Shown here in pieces: positions 8,439 through 18,099 of a stretch of DNA of 64,000 bases. Below the pieces are notes generated by a model that had not been told where the DNA came from, searched no databases, and saw only the letters and a list, made by a program, of their open reading frames with translations. The DNA lies in contig JAJZTG010000002.1 of the NCBI GenBank assembly GCA_021849125.1, positions 12,573 through 76,572 on the forward strand. The letters are read 5' to 3'. How positions within the stretch are numbered: the stretch's first letter is position 1; the number at the start of each line of letters is the position of its first letter. The position numbers and the translations under genes are program-made. Source of the DNA: a bacterium (GTDB taxonomy: Bacteria; Patescibacteriota; Minisyncoccia; Phycocordibacterales; Phycocordibacteraceae).

Positions 8439-11400
8439 CTAACGGGACTCGTCGCGGAGAATATCGAAACGCTCTTCCCCGGTCGAGAGCGTAGCGACAT
8501 ACTTCCCTTCCGGACGCACCACGACGCGCACGACATCGCTCGGAGCAAGGCCTTCTGCCTTGCGTGCCTGCGCAAGAGCGCTCGCGCGCTCGCGCTCGTC
8601 ACCTTCCTTGATAAGTTCCGGCGTGAGCATCGTATCGAGCGCGAGTTCACCTCCGACCTTGATCTCTTTCACGTTAAGCTCGTCCGCAAGAATCGCGGAA
8701 AGTTCGCTCGGGAGCGCCTCGCTTATCGTGAGCGACGCAAGCGGCTGGCGCACCTTGATATTCGCCTTCTGGCGGAGTTGGAGCGCAGTCGAGGCGAGGT
8801 CACGGACCCGACCCATCTGGGCGATAAGCGGCGCAGACGTATCCGGCATGAAGAAGAAGCGTCGTGGCGCACGCGGCCACTCGGTGAGATGCACGCTTTC
8901 CGGCTCATCCTCTTCACGCACGGCGCGGAAGACCTCTTCAGCGAGGAATGGCATCGACGGCGCCATCACCTTCGCGCTCTCGCGAAGCACGTAGCGCAGC
9001 GTCCTAAGTGCATCCTTCTTGTCACTCCCCTCTTCCTTGAAGCGGTCACGTGAGCGGCGCAGATACCAGACCGAGAGGTCATCGATAAAGGACGTAAGCG
9101 GGCGCACGGCGCGGTCGAGCTCGTAACGCTCGTACCCTTCGGTCGATTCACGGATAAGCTCATCAAGACGCGCGAAGATCCAGCGATCGAGGATGTGCTT
9201 GCTCGTGCGCGCCGCGGGCGTGCCGTCTGCATAGAGCTGGTAGAAAGAAAGCACGTTGCCGAAACGGCCGACATTCTTCTTCGCGACTTCGTCGACCCCG
9301 CCTTCGACGAAAGCGAGATTCTCTGCAGCAACGACCGGCGAGGAAAGGAGGTAGAAACGAAGCGCATCCGCACCGTACTTATCGACAATGAGCATCGGGT
9401 CGGGATAATTCTTCTTGCTCTTCGAGAGTTTCTTGCCGTCTTCGGGTGATACCACGATGCCGTTCACGATGACGTTCTCAAAGGCGTTCTTGTTGAAGAG
9501 CGCGCCGCCGAGCACGTGGAGGTAGTAGAACCACGCGCGCGTCTGATCGACTCCTTCCGCGATGAACTGCGCCGGGAAATTCTTTTCGAAACGACTCTTG
9601 TTCTCGACCGGATAGTGCATCTCTGCATACGGCATGCTCCCGGAATCGAACCACGTATCGAGCACGTCCGGAACGCGTATCATCGGTTCGCCCTTCTCGT
9701 TCACAAGCGCGACTTCGTCGATATACGGCAGATGGAGATCGAGCTCGTAGTCAGGGTTGTGCGGGAGCGGGATGAAGTCGAGTTCGCGCGCATGACCGGT
9801 CTGGAAATCCGAGATGCGGACGACGTCGGCCATCGCTTCTGCGTTGCCGCCCATGGCGATCGTCGTGAGCGACTCAAGGCCGATGCCGTGGGTCACGATG
9901 AGAACCTTCTTGCCGGAAAGCGTCTTCTCGAGTTCGTAGATGAAATTGCCGAAACGACGCTTCGCGTCCACATGGCTTTCACCTCCTGGGAACTTGTCGG
10001 CGAAGCTCGTCAGGTGCGTATCGCGATAGGTGATGAAATCCGCGTATGGCTTGCCAGAAAGCTCGCCCATGTCGAGCTCGCGCAAGCGCTCGTCGAAGAC
10101 GATGGCGGAACGTTCGATACCGAGCGCGTCGGCCATGAGCTCAGCGGTCTCCCGGGTGCGCACGAAAGGAGACGCGTAGATGGCTTCGATACCCCTTCCT
10201 TTCAACGTCTCGGCCGTTGCGGCAACTTCAGCTTTCCCTTTTTCCGTAAGGTGATTCCCGCCATTCACCTCAGCGCTCACGAAATTCTCGGCATTATTCT
10301 TCGCTTCGCCGTGTCGCATCATGAAGTAGGCATTCCCCGACTTCTTCGCATGGCGCTTGAGCTCCTCGACCGAGCCGATGACCGTAATGTTCCCTGTAGC
10401 GTCCTTCCAGAGCGGTATGACGCTCGCCCAGAAACGCTGACGCGAGATGGACCAGTCACGCGCGCCTTCGAGCCACTTGCCGAAGCGTCCTTCCTTGATG
10501 TGCGCGGGCGACCAGTTGATGCGCTTGGCATTCTCCAAGAGCTCTCCCTTGATCTTGGTGACCGCGACGAACCACGAGGTGGTCGCGTAGTTCAAAAGCG
10601 GCGTACCGCAACGCCAGCAGTGCGGGTAGCTGTGCATGAGATTCTCTTTCGCGAAGAAAGTCCCGTGTTCCTGAAGGTAACGGATGACCTCGATATCCGT
10701 CCCGAGACGGACCTTGTCATCCTCAGACTTCGGCTTCACTTCCCTGCCGGCAAAATCCGTCACCTCCGGGCGCATCGTGCCGTCGTAAGCAATGTGTTGC
10801 ACGAACGGCAGATTCTCTTTCTTGCCGAGCGCCATGTCGTCTTCGCCGAACGCCGGCGCGATATGCACGATGCCGGTGCCGGTGCCGGTCGTGACGAAAT
10901 CAGCGGCGTATACTTTCCACCCGTTCTCGTGATTCTTGAGAGCTGTGTTTTTCTGGTAGTACTCAAACGGTGCGGTGTACGAGAGGCCTACAAGGTCGGA
11001 GCCTTTGAATTCCTTTCCGGAATCTCCTTCGCGCTTCACTCGGATGTATTGTGCGCCATCCTGTTCTTCGACGACATATGTAACCTCCTTCCCCACCGCG
11101 AGTGCGACGTTGCCCGGCAAGGTCCACGGGGTCGTGGTCCAGGCGAGAAGGTACACGTCGCCGCTGAGGCCGAGCATCTGCGGGTTCGTCACCTTGAACT
11201 TCGCGGTAACCGCGATATCCTTCACATCCTCGTACCCTTCCGCGACTTCCTGCTGCGAAAGCGTCGTCTCGCAGCGCGGGCAGACATGCATCGAGCGGTA
11301 GTCTTCGTACACGAGACCCTTGTCGTACACCTGTTTGAAAACCCACCACACGCTCTCCATGAACGAGGCATCCATCGTGGTGTACGGATGCTCCATGTCG

Positions 11401-11819
11401 ACGAAGCGTCCGATACGCGGGATCACCTTCTTCCATTCGTCGGAGCAGGCGAAGACCTGCGCGCGACATGCCTCGTTGAATTTCTCGACGCCGTATTCCT
11501 TGATGTCCTTCTTGTGCGTGAAGCCGAGCTCTTTCTCGACGATGTTCTCGACCGGAAGTCCGTGCGTGTCCCAGCCCCAGACGCGCGGGACATGGTAGCC
11601 CCGCATCGTCTTGTAGCGTGGCACGGCGTCCTTCATCACGCTCGCGACGATGTGCCCGTAATGCGGCAAGCCGGTGGCAAAGGGCGGCCCGTCGTAGAAG
11701 ACGTACTCGCCCTTGGGCGACTTCTTCTCGAGCGACTTCTCGAAAATCTTGTTCTCCTGCCAGAAGGCAAGCACTTCTTCCTCGCGCTTGGCAGCTTCTG
11801 ATTTCCCTGCTTCGGCCAT
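8439..11819 (-). CDS. ileS: Isoleucyl-tRNA synthetase (type 2) with inserted histidine-phosphatase domain
   Basis: DGPPFATGLPHYGH, WTTTPWTLP, DWSISRQRFW, WFDSGSMPY, KLSKS; RHGE insert near 9775-10345. Confidence 0.97.
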   Translation of the reverse strand: MAEAGKSEAAKREEEVLAFWQENKIFEKSLEKKSPKGEYVFYDGPPFATGLPHYGHIVASVMKDAVPRYKTMRGYHVPRVWGWDTHGLPVENIVEKELGFTHKKDIKEYGVEKFNEACRAQVFACSDEWKKVIPRIGRFVDMEHPYTTMDASFMESVWWVFKQVYDKGLVYEDYRSMHVCPRCETTLSQQEVAEGYEDVKDIAVTAKFKVTNPQMLGLSGDVYLLAWTTTPWTLPGNVALAVGKEVTYVVEEQDGAQYIRVKREGDSGKEFKGSDLVGLSYTAPFEYYQKNTALKNHENGWKVYAADFVTTGTGTGIVHIAPAFGEDDMALGKKENLPFVQHIAYDGTMRPEVTDFAGREVKPKSEDDKVRLGTDIEVIRYLQEHGTFFAKENLMHSYPHCWRCGTPLLNYATTSWFVAVTKIKGELLENAKRINWSPAHIKEGRFGKWLEGARDWSISRQRFWASVIPLWKDATGNITVIGSVEELKRHAKKSGNAYFMMRHGEAKNNAENFVSAEVNGGNHLTEKGKAEVAATAETLKGRGIEAIYASPFVRTRETAELMADALGIERSAIVFDERLRELDMGELSGKPYADFITYRDTHLTSFADKFPGGESHVDAKRRFGNFIYELEKTLSGKKVLIVTHGIGLESLTTIAMGGNAEAMADVVRISDFQTGHARELDFIPLPHNPDYELDLHLPYIDEVALVNEKGEPMIRVPDVLDTWFDSGSMPYAEMHYPVENKSRFEKNFPAQFIAEGVDQTRAWFYYLHVLGGALFNKNAFENVIVNGIVVSPEDGKKLSKSKKNYPDPMLIVDKYGADALRFYLLSSPVVAAENLAFVEGGVDEVAKKNVGRFGNVLSFYQLYADGTPAARTSKHILDRWIFARLDELIRESTEGYERYELDRAVRPLTSFIDDLSVWYLRRSRDRFKEEGSDKKDALRTLRYVLRESAKVMAPSMPFLAEEVFRAVREEDEPESVHLTEWPRAPRRFFFMPDTSAPLIAQMGRVRDLASTALQLRQKANIKVRQPLASLTISEALPSELSAILADELNVKEIKVGGELALDTMLTPELIKEGDERERASALAQARKAEGLAPSDVVRVVVRPEGKYVATLSTGEERFDILRDESR

Positions 11820-11852
11820 AATGGCTTATCGTAACGCCTGATTGCTGAAAAT

Positions 11853-11882
11853 GAAACAGCCGCTCCTCTCGGAGCGGCTTTC
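11853..11882. terminator. Intrinsic terminator-like hairpin
   Basis: AGCCGCTCC-TCTC-GGAGCGGCT downstream of the small ORF. Confidence 0.6.
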
Positions 11883-11901
11883 AATCTGTTAGGAATCAGA
11901 T

Positions 11902-12054
11902 TCAGTAGTGCATCGTTGGTGGAGCCCTGCGGCTGGTTTGCGGCGAATCGATCGTCGGGCCGGTCTTGCGAATCTTGGTCCGGCCAGGATTTTTGTTGTT
12001 ACCCTTGAAACCACTCCGGCCGCGGCCGCGATAGCTCTTCCCAGGATTTACCAT
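11902..12054 (-). CDS. Small basic (Arg/Lys/Gly-rich) hypothetical protein, 50 aa
   Basis: AGGAGG SD just upstream of ATG 12054; upstream TGCTACAGT extended -10; downstream hairpin. Confidence 0.6.
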   Translation of the reverse strand: MVNPGKSYRGRGRSGFKGNNKNPGRTKIRKTGPTIDSPQTSRRAPPTMHY

Positions 12055-12149
12055 TTGCTTGCCTCCTATCCATTTGCCTGAAGAAAAAACAGTACTGTGC
12101 CCCATTGCACAGTGTTCGCTACTGTAGCACGGCAAATACGCCGCGCAAT

Positions 12150-13832
12150 CTAAAGACGCTCAGGCGTGTGGATACCGAGAAGCGTAAGGCCGTTCTGCAT
12201 CGTGTGCACGAATGCGCGCGCGATAAGGAGCTTGTGCGCCTCGTGTTCCCCGCCGATGATCCGCTCTTTCGCATAGAAAGCATTCCACTCGCCCGCGAGC
12301 TCCGTGAGGTACGTCACGAGCAGGTTCGGCGAAAGCTCGCGCTCCGCACGTGCGGCGACTTCCGGGAAATGCATGATGAGCCGTTCGATGAAATATGGCT
12401 CGGCAGGTGCATCTGCTTTGGGAGCATTCTCCCCCGCCTGCGCGAGCACCGACTTCGCGCGCACCAGAGCATACTGGAGATACGGACCCGAATCGCCTTC
12501 GAGCGAAAGCGACTTCTCCGGATCGAAGATGATGTCCGATCCCGGCGACTGACGTAACACCATGTACTTCACCGCACCCACCGCGACCTGCTCAGCCACA
12601 AGCGGATCGGGACTGCGTTTCATCGCGTGCTCGGTCACATCCTTCAGGAGCCCGGCGGCCGTGATGACGTTCCCTTCGCGCGAGCTCATCTTGCCGGAAG
12701 TGAGCCGGAGAAAACCGTGCGGCACGTGTTTCGTCTTCTTAGCGAGGTTCGGCGCGAGCTCTGCGAGCGCCGCAAGCACCACCTTGAAGTGTCCCGTTTG
12801 TTCATTCGACGTGACGATGATGCTCTCATCCGAGGGAAAACGTTCCTCCTTGAGAAACGCGAGGCCGATGTCTTTCGTCTCGTAGGTCGGCGTACCACGA
12901 CTCGTAACGAACACGAGCGTATGAAGCCCGACTTTCTCTCCCGGATAGATGACTGCCCCATCGCTTTCCTCAAAGATGCCCTTGGCAAGACCGTCCTTCA
13001 CCACGCGGAGTCCTGGCTCGACCGTATCGCTGTCGAAGAAGTCGTAGTCGAGATGCGTACCAAAGATAGCAAAGAGACGCTTGAACTCGAGCATAGAAAT
13101 CTCGCGGCCTTTTCCCCAAAGCGAGAGGAGTTCACGGTCACTTCCACTCATTTCCACCTCGTGACGTCGGGCGACGAGATCGTAAAGACGGACATTGAGC
13201 GCGTCGATTTCTTTCTTTGCCGAGTCATCAGTCTCGTATGCGGCAGAGGCGCGTGCATACGCCGCACCGATTTCCTGTGCATCGCTGATTTCAGCAACAC
13301 CCTCCTTCTTGAGCCCCCAGAGCGCTTTTGCGACATGCGGACCGACATCACCGCCAAACGAGCTTCCGAAGACCGTCGCGCCACGTGAGCGCTTGAGACG
13401 CGTGAGCGCTTCACCTATGACCGCGCTCATGAGATGCCCGATATGCATCTCCTTGAACGGATTCGGGTTCGCGTAGTCGATAATGGCTCGCTTCCCCACT
13501 TCTGTAGCATCAGTCCCCCACGTCGCACCTTGGGCATCCGCCTCGGCAAGCGCAAGCGATACGACGCCACGCGCGAGCGTGATGTTTACGAAACCGGGCC
13601 CTGCGACTTCGATACTCGTGACCTTGTCACCGAGCGTTTCTTTGAGCGAACGAGCGAGCTCGTCCGCGAGCTCGCGCGGATTTTGACCGAGCTGTTTTGC
13701 AGATACAAGGGCAGCATTGGTCGCGTAGTCGCCATGTGCAGCATCCACCGGACGCTCGATAGTGAACGCCACTCCCTCCGCTCCGAGCTTGTGAAGGGCG
13801 CTTGCGACCGCCTCTCGTATCGTGCTTTCCAT
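12150..13832 (-). CDS. argS: Arginyl-tRNA synthetase
   Basis: HGDYATN, NPFKEMHIGH, KMSSREG, SGPYLQY; start at MESTIRE with TACACT 6 nt upstream. Confidence 0.97.
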   Translation of the reverse strand: MESTIREAVASALHKLGAEGVAFTIERPVDAAHGDYATNAALVSAKQLGQNPRELADELARSLKETLGDKVTSIEVAGPGFVNITLARGVVSLALAEADAQGATWGTDATEVGKRAIIDYANPNPFKEMHIGHLMSAVIGEALTRLKRSRGATVFGSSFGGDVGPHVAKALWGLKKEGVAEISDAQEIGAAYARASAAYETDDSAKKEIDALNVRLYDLVARRHEVEMSGSDRELLSLWGKGREISMLEFKRLFAIFGTHLDYDFFDSDTVEPGLRVVKDGLAKGIFEESDGAVIYPGEKVGLHTLVFVTSRGTPTYETKDIGLAFLKEERFPSDESIIVTSNEQTGHFKVVLAALAELAPNLAKKTKHVPHGFLRLTSGKMSSREGNVITAAGLLKDVTEHAMKRSPDPLVAEQVAVGAVKYMVLRQSPGSDIIFDPEKSLSLEGDSGPYLQYALVRAKSVLAQAGENAPKADAPAEPYFIERLIMHFPEVAARAERELSPNLLVTYLTELAGEWNAFYAKERIIGGEHEAHKLLIARAFVHTMQNGLTLLGIHTPERL

Positions 13833-13860
13833 ATCGCGAGTGTAACAGACCCCTCGTATA

Positions 13861-13890
13861 AAAAAAGACGGCCTCCGCAAGGATGCCGTC
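13861..13890 (-). terminator. Intrinsic terminator after dcd
   Basis: Minus strand GACGGCATCC-TTGC-GGAGGCCGTC followed by a T run. Confidence 0.7.
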
Positions 13891-13979
13891 GAAGCCAAAG
13901 AACCGAGATGGAAATCCTTGGCGGTGGGAGATCAAACTGATTTAACCATAACACGATACTAAACTAAGTGCAACTCACG

Positions 13980-15077
13980 TTACTTCCGAAGAATCGGGGT
14001 AAAGAAGTCGTACGGGTTGTAGTGCCCCACTTTGCTCAGATCAAGCACCTGGCGCGTACCGGAACATTCCCAACCGATGACTCCTTCATCCTCGACACGT
14101 GCGAAGTGTTTCGATAGACGCGGCGTATGCTGATCCGTATAGTTCGATGCTGCCGAATCATACGGAATATCGGGCTCCTCTTTCATGCACTCGAAACGGA
14201 TACGGGCGATGATCTGCCCGTGTCGCAAGAGCATATCTTCTTGAGGGATCACTTCGAGCGTTATCGGCCGGCCGCGTCCTTCCCCGTTCTTGCCATAGCC
14301 CCAACCCGGGTCGATATATCCAGCCGCATGCGACCGGAATTCACCAAGACGAGGATCTATCGCTCGCAATTCTGCCGAAAGATACGGCGGCACCATAATC
14401 GGATTCGTCTGCAAGATGTAGAATCTCCCCTTACGGACGCCTATCGTGGAACCACCAAGGTCGAGCGTCAACAGAAACGAATCCGCATGCCGACGTGTCT
14501 CTTGAAAAGACATCTTGCGACCAGCATTGTCGAAGATGAGGCCGTGCCTGCGGATTGCCTGTTCGGCATGCAGGTCATCGAGAAACGACTTGCCGTCAAA
14601 GAGACGCACCTGCGATAACGCAAGACCGGGATGTGCTGAGACTGGGAAATAATCAGGGCGCGCGAGCACCCACTGTTCCCCAGACCATGGCGTACCGGTA
14701 AGCGCATCGTACATGTCGACACCATCGGCAACCGATCGGCAGAAGAATGCGTCACGGCCAGTTGATGATTTCGGATTGGCATAGCCGTATACCATGCTCG
14801 GAAGTTCCCACTCCTTTCCTTCAACACGGATAAGGTACGGCACACCAACCTCGAACGGATTGTCGAAATTGTGTGGGGTAGCCCCGACAAGCGGGAGCAG
14901 ATTGCGCACTTTCTCGCCCGCAAGCGGGAGGAAAATTGTTTCAAGGCGGTATGCCTCATCCGCAAGCGGTAGGTCGATTGATGCAGGGTTAAGGTATGCA
15001 TCTGAAATACCTGTGATGTTCCCTTGGTCGCAAAGCTGTTTAAGCATCTGCCGTGGTAGTACACCAGTGGTGGACAT
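13980..15077 (-). CDS. dcd: dCTP deaminase, long two-domain type, apparently with a permuted segment
   Basis: NPASIDL, ANPKSSTGR, GEFRSHAAGYIDPGWG, SNY..Q...LSKHF; AAGGAG SD. Confidence 0.85.
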   Translation of the reverse strand: MSTTGVLPRQMLKQLCDQGNITGISDAYLNPASIDLPLADEAYRLETIFLPLAGEKVRNLLPLVGATPHNFDNPFEVGVPYLIRVEGKEWELPSMVYGYANPKSSTGRDAFFCRSVADGVDMYDALTGTPWSGEQWVLARPDYFPVSAHPGLALSQVRLFDGKSFLDDLHAEQAIRRHGLIFDNAGRKMSFQETRRHADSFLLTLDLGGSTIGVRKGRFYILQTNPIMVPPYLSAELRAIDPRLGEFRSHAAGYIDPGWGYGKNGEGRGRPITLEVIPQEDMLLRHGQIIARIRFECMKEEPDIPYDSAASNYTDQHTPRLSKHFARVEDEGVIGWECSGTRQVLDLSKVGHYNPYDFFTPILRK

Positions 15078-15205
15078 GATTCTGTCTCCTTGAGTTGAAT
15101 GGTTGATGACAATAGTACAAGCCTGGGGAGACTTTACGCGGAGAGGCGTTTAAGCGCAAGCAAAAGAAAATACCGGCCCTTAGGCCGGTAGTAATCGCAC
15201 AAGAT

Positions 15206-15850
15206 TCACGTACGGATACCCACCGATGCGAGCGCCTCAAGGACGGCGGCGTGCACCTCTTCAACCGTCCGCGATGCATCGATGAATATCACCGGGTGGT
15301 CAATCGCGAATGCATTGAAACCTTGCCGAACGCGTTCGTAATACTCCAAATCACGTTCATCAAAGTGGTTTTGATCGCGAGCCGCATCGCGTAAAGCACG
15401 TTCACGCGCGTCCTCAGCCGACAAATCGAAAACGATGTAATAATCGGGACGATGACGGCCTTTTGCGTAGAAGACCTGGTTTCGCAACTCGATGAACAGA
15501 CCGAGCAGTTCATGCTTTTGCTCGCCATACAGCTGAAACGCGTAGGTCGATGAGTCACCGCGATCCGAGAACACATGCTTCCCTGTATTAAGCGTTGGGA
15601 CGACCAGCTTCTCTTGCGCTTCCTCCCGTGCAGCCCAGAAACCGAGAAAGTGAAAGAATGGGGTCGAGTTTTTTGCGTCCGGGTGGTCGCGAAGCGCTCC
15701 GCGCATAATCTCGGCAATCGGCGGCCCTCCGGGCTCTCGTGTGAAAACGACATCGTCACCAAACTTCTCTTGAAGCAGGGCGATCTGCGTTCCCTTCCCC
15801 GACCCGTCCATGCCGTCAAAGACGATGTATTGTGCTCGCTTTTCTTCCAT
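15206..15850 (-). CDS. tmk: Thymidylate kinase
   Basis: VFDGMDGSGKGTQ, TREPGG, SDR..SSTYAFQ; AAGGAG SD before MEEKR. Confidence 0.95.
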   Translation of the reverse strand: MEEKRAQYIVFDGMDGSGKGTQIALLQEKFGDDVVFTREPGGPPIAEIMRGALRDHPDAKNSTPFFHFLGFWAAREEAQEKLVVPTLNTGKHVFSDRGDSSTYAFQLYGEQKHELLGLFIELRNQVFYAKGRHRPDYYIVFDLSAEDARERALRDAARDQNHFDERDLEYYERVRQGFNAFAIDHPVIFIDASRTVEEVHAAVLEALASVGIRT

Positions 15851-15962
15851 TTCACTACTCCTTAAAGACCGGCACATGCCTGCGCGCACTCTACCTGTAC
15901 AGGCACGTATATGCAAATAAAAACGGCGGCCGAAGCCGCCGTTTGACCAAAAATGACTCGGG

Positions 15963-16880
15963 TTACAGCAGTTTTGCTTTGATGCGCCCCTGATTTTTGT
16001 AGTCGATGAGCTTCACGTCTGCCATGGTGAATTGGTCGATATCAGTGATACCGGGATTCAACCAAAGCTCCGGTGCAGAGAGAGTATCTCGTGTGAGCTG
16101 CGTACGTACAGCTCTCAAGTGAGCGCTGTAGATATGGCAATCATCCAAGGTAATGACAAGTTCGCCCGGGATCATGCCGACACACTGTGCAATCATATGC
16201 AGGAACAACGCATACGATGCGATATTGAACGGCACGCCGAGGAACATGTCGCATGACCGCTGATCCATCGCCAGATCAAGATACAGCTTCTTGTCACGAC
16301 GCCGTGAGTGACGGGCGAAAAGCTGAAACTTCATATGACACGGCGGTAAGCACATGTCATCCACCTTGAGAGGGTTCCACGCCGTGACGATATGGTACCG
16401 ACTGAACGGATCAGATTTCAACGCCGCAATGACTTTAGAAAGCTGATCCGTACCCTCGCCGTTGTAGTTACGCCACTGTGAGCCGTAGATAACGCCGCAA
16501 TCGCCGGCAAACTGCGTTTTGCCGGCCCGGGCAAACCGGTTCTGATCATTCGACCACATAGGGTTTTCAGCATCGGCCGGCAATCCCACAAGTTCGTTAA
16601 GTCGCGCGAGCGACAAACGATATGGAACGGGAGAATGTTTGCCCCCTTCGATAAACCAAAGCAGCTCGGCGAGCACTGATTTGAACGCAAGCTGTTTCGT
16701 TGTCATCGCAGGAAAACCGTCTTTCATACTGAAGCGGACCTGCTGTGCGAAAACAGCATGCGTATGCCCGTTTCGAGTTTTACGAACGTCTCCTTCCTTG
16801 TAGGTTTTGTTAAGTGCCTCGAGATATTGCGCTTCATTGGGATTGGCTATCCACCAATCCCCCAAAGATAAAGGCTTCAT
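15963..16880 (-). CDS. thyA: Thymidylate synthase ThyA
   Basis: ELLWFI, IYGSQWR, LPPCH, QRSCDMFLGVPFNIASY, HIY; AAGGAG SD before MKPL. Confidence 0.97.
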   Translation of the reverse strand: MKPLSLGDWWIANPNEAQYLEALNKTYKEGDVRKTRNGHTHAVFAQQVRFSMKDGFPAMTTKQLAFKSVLAELLWFIEGGKHSPVPYRLSLARLNELVGLPADAENPMWSNDQNRFARAGKTQFAGDCGVIYGSQWRNYNGEGTDQLSKVIAALKSDPFSRYHIVTAWNPLKVDDMCLPPCHMKFQLFARHSRRRDKKLYLDLAMDQRSCDMFLGVPFNIASYALFLHMIAQCVGMIPGELVITLDDCHIYSAHLRAVRTQLTRDTLSAPELWLNPGITDIDQFTMADVKLIDYKNQGRIKAKLL

Positions 16881-16953
16881 TTCCAAACTCCTTCTGTAAG
16901 GTTGATGTACGGACCAAACTGCAATCCGCATGCACTGTACGTGGGCGGACAGT

Positions 16954-16993
16954 AAAAAGCAAATCGGCCGCATTAGCGGCCGATTTGCTTTTT
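16954..16993. terminator. Bidirectional intrinsic terminator after rplK
   Basis: AAAAAGCAAATCGGCCGC-ATTA-GCGGCCGATTTGCTTTTT. Confidence 0.85.
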
Positions 16994-17002
16994 ATTTGGA
17001 AC

Positions 17003-17428
17003 CTACGCCTCGGAACCGATGCCCATCGACTTGGCGGTGCCTGCGACGAGTCGCTCGGCTGCCTCGATGGTATTCGCATTCAAGTCCGGCATCTTCTCCT
17101 CAGCGATCGAGCGGAGCTGCGCTTTGGTGAGCGTGCCCGGCTTACGATCCTTGTTCGGCTTAAGGGCACCCTTCTCGAGACCGAGCGCCTTCAAGATGAG
17201 ACGGGACATCGGGGAGACCTTGAGGACGAACGTGAACGAGCGGTCATCATAGACCGAAAGCTCGACCGGAATGATGACGCCCGGCTTGTCTTTCGTCGCG
17301 TCATTGAACTGCGTGACGAACTGGCCGATGTTCACGCCGGCTGGACCAAGCGCGGTACCAACCGGAGGCGCAGGGGTTGCCTTCCCTCCCGGGATCTGCA
17401 ATTTAATCTTTTTTACGACTGTTGCCAT
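17003..17428 (-). CDS. rplK: 50S ribosomal protein L11
   Basis: [34 protein letters not shown]. Confidence 0.98.
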   Translation of the reverse strand: MATVVKKIKLQIPGGKATPAPPVGTALGPAGVNIGQFVTQFNDATKDKPGVIIPVELSVYDDRSFTFVLKVSPMSRLILKALGLEKGALKPNKDRKPGTLTKAQLRSIAEEKMPDLNANTIEAAERLVAGTAKSMGIGSEA

Positions 17429-17446
17429 AGTGTTAGAGACTCTACC

Positions 17447-18088
17447 TTAGAGTTTGCGTACCTGCAAGAAATCGAGCTCGACCGGCGTCTCGCGACCGAA
17501 CATGGAGACCATGACCTTGACCTTGCCACGCTCCTCGTCGATCTCGCCGACCTTGCCCTCGAGGTCCTTGAACGGACCGTCTGCGATCACGACCGCGTCG
17601 TCCTTCATGAGGTCGATACGGTGCTTCGGCGCCTCGGCGCTCATGCGCTTCATGAGGGAGTCTACTTCCGCCTGCTCCATCGGGACCGGGGTATTGCCCG
17701 AACCCACGAAACCGGTCACGCGCGGCGTGTTGCGCACCACGAACCACGAATCGTCGTCGACGATCATGCGGACGAGGATGTAGCCCGGATAGATCTTCTC
17801 TTCCTCGACGACGCGCTTCCCTGCCTTGACGCGGATCTTCTTCTCGGTCGGGACGACCACGTCGAAGATCTTGTCTTCCATGCCCAAGGACTCGATGCGC
17901 TGCTTCAGGTTGCGCTCGACGGCGTTCTCGTAGCCTGCGTAGGTGTGGATGGTGTACCAACGCGCGTCCTCTTTGCGCGGGGTGACCTCATCCCGGATCT
18001 CTTTCGGAACTGCCGGGGCGATATCAGCCATGCCGAGATCCTCGAAGATCTCCTCGTTGCTCTCGCCGCTGTGAATGGTGTCAGTCAT
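17447..18088 (-). CDS. nusG: Transcription termination/antitermination factor NusG
   Basis: WYTIHTYAGYE, YPGYILV, VRNTPRVTGFVG, KOW DGPF, MFGRETPVEL. Confidence 0.98.
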   Translation of the reverse strand: MTDTIHSGESNEEIFEDLGMADIAPAVPKEIRDEVTPRKEDARWYTIHTYAGYENAVERNLKQRIESLGMEDKIFDVVVPTEKKIRVKAGKRVVEEEKIYPGYILVRMIVDDDSWFVVRNTPRVTGFVGSGNTPVPMEQAEVDSLMKRMSAEAPKHRIDLMKDDAVVIADGPFKDLEGKVGEIDEERGKVKVMVSMFGRETPVELDFLQVRKL

Positions 18089-18099
18089 AGGGAAAGCCG

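Noticed and set aside
9775-10345. Intein in ileS
   Set aside because: No N-terminal Cys/Ser or C-terminal His-Asn splice motifs; the insert carries histidine-phosphatase motifs instead.
9516-11801. 761-aa plus-strand ORF, and similar long antisense ORFs (16814-18103, 34243-35640, 37868-39100, 41385-42542)
   Set aside because: They are shadows of well-supported genes on the opposite strand, expected in GC-rich DNA with biased codon use, and show no recognisable motifs.
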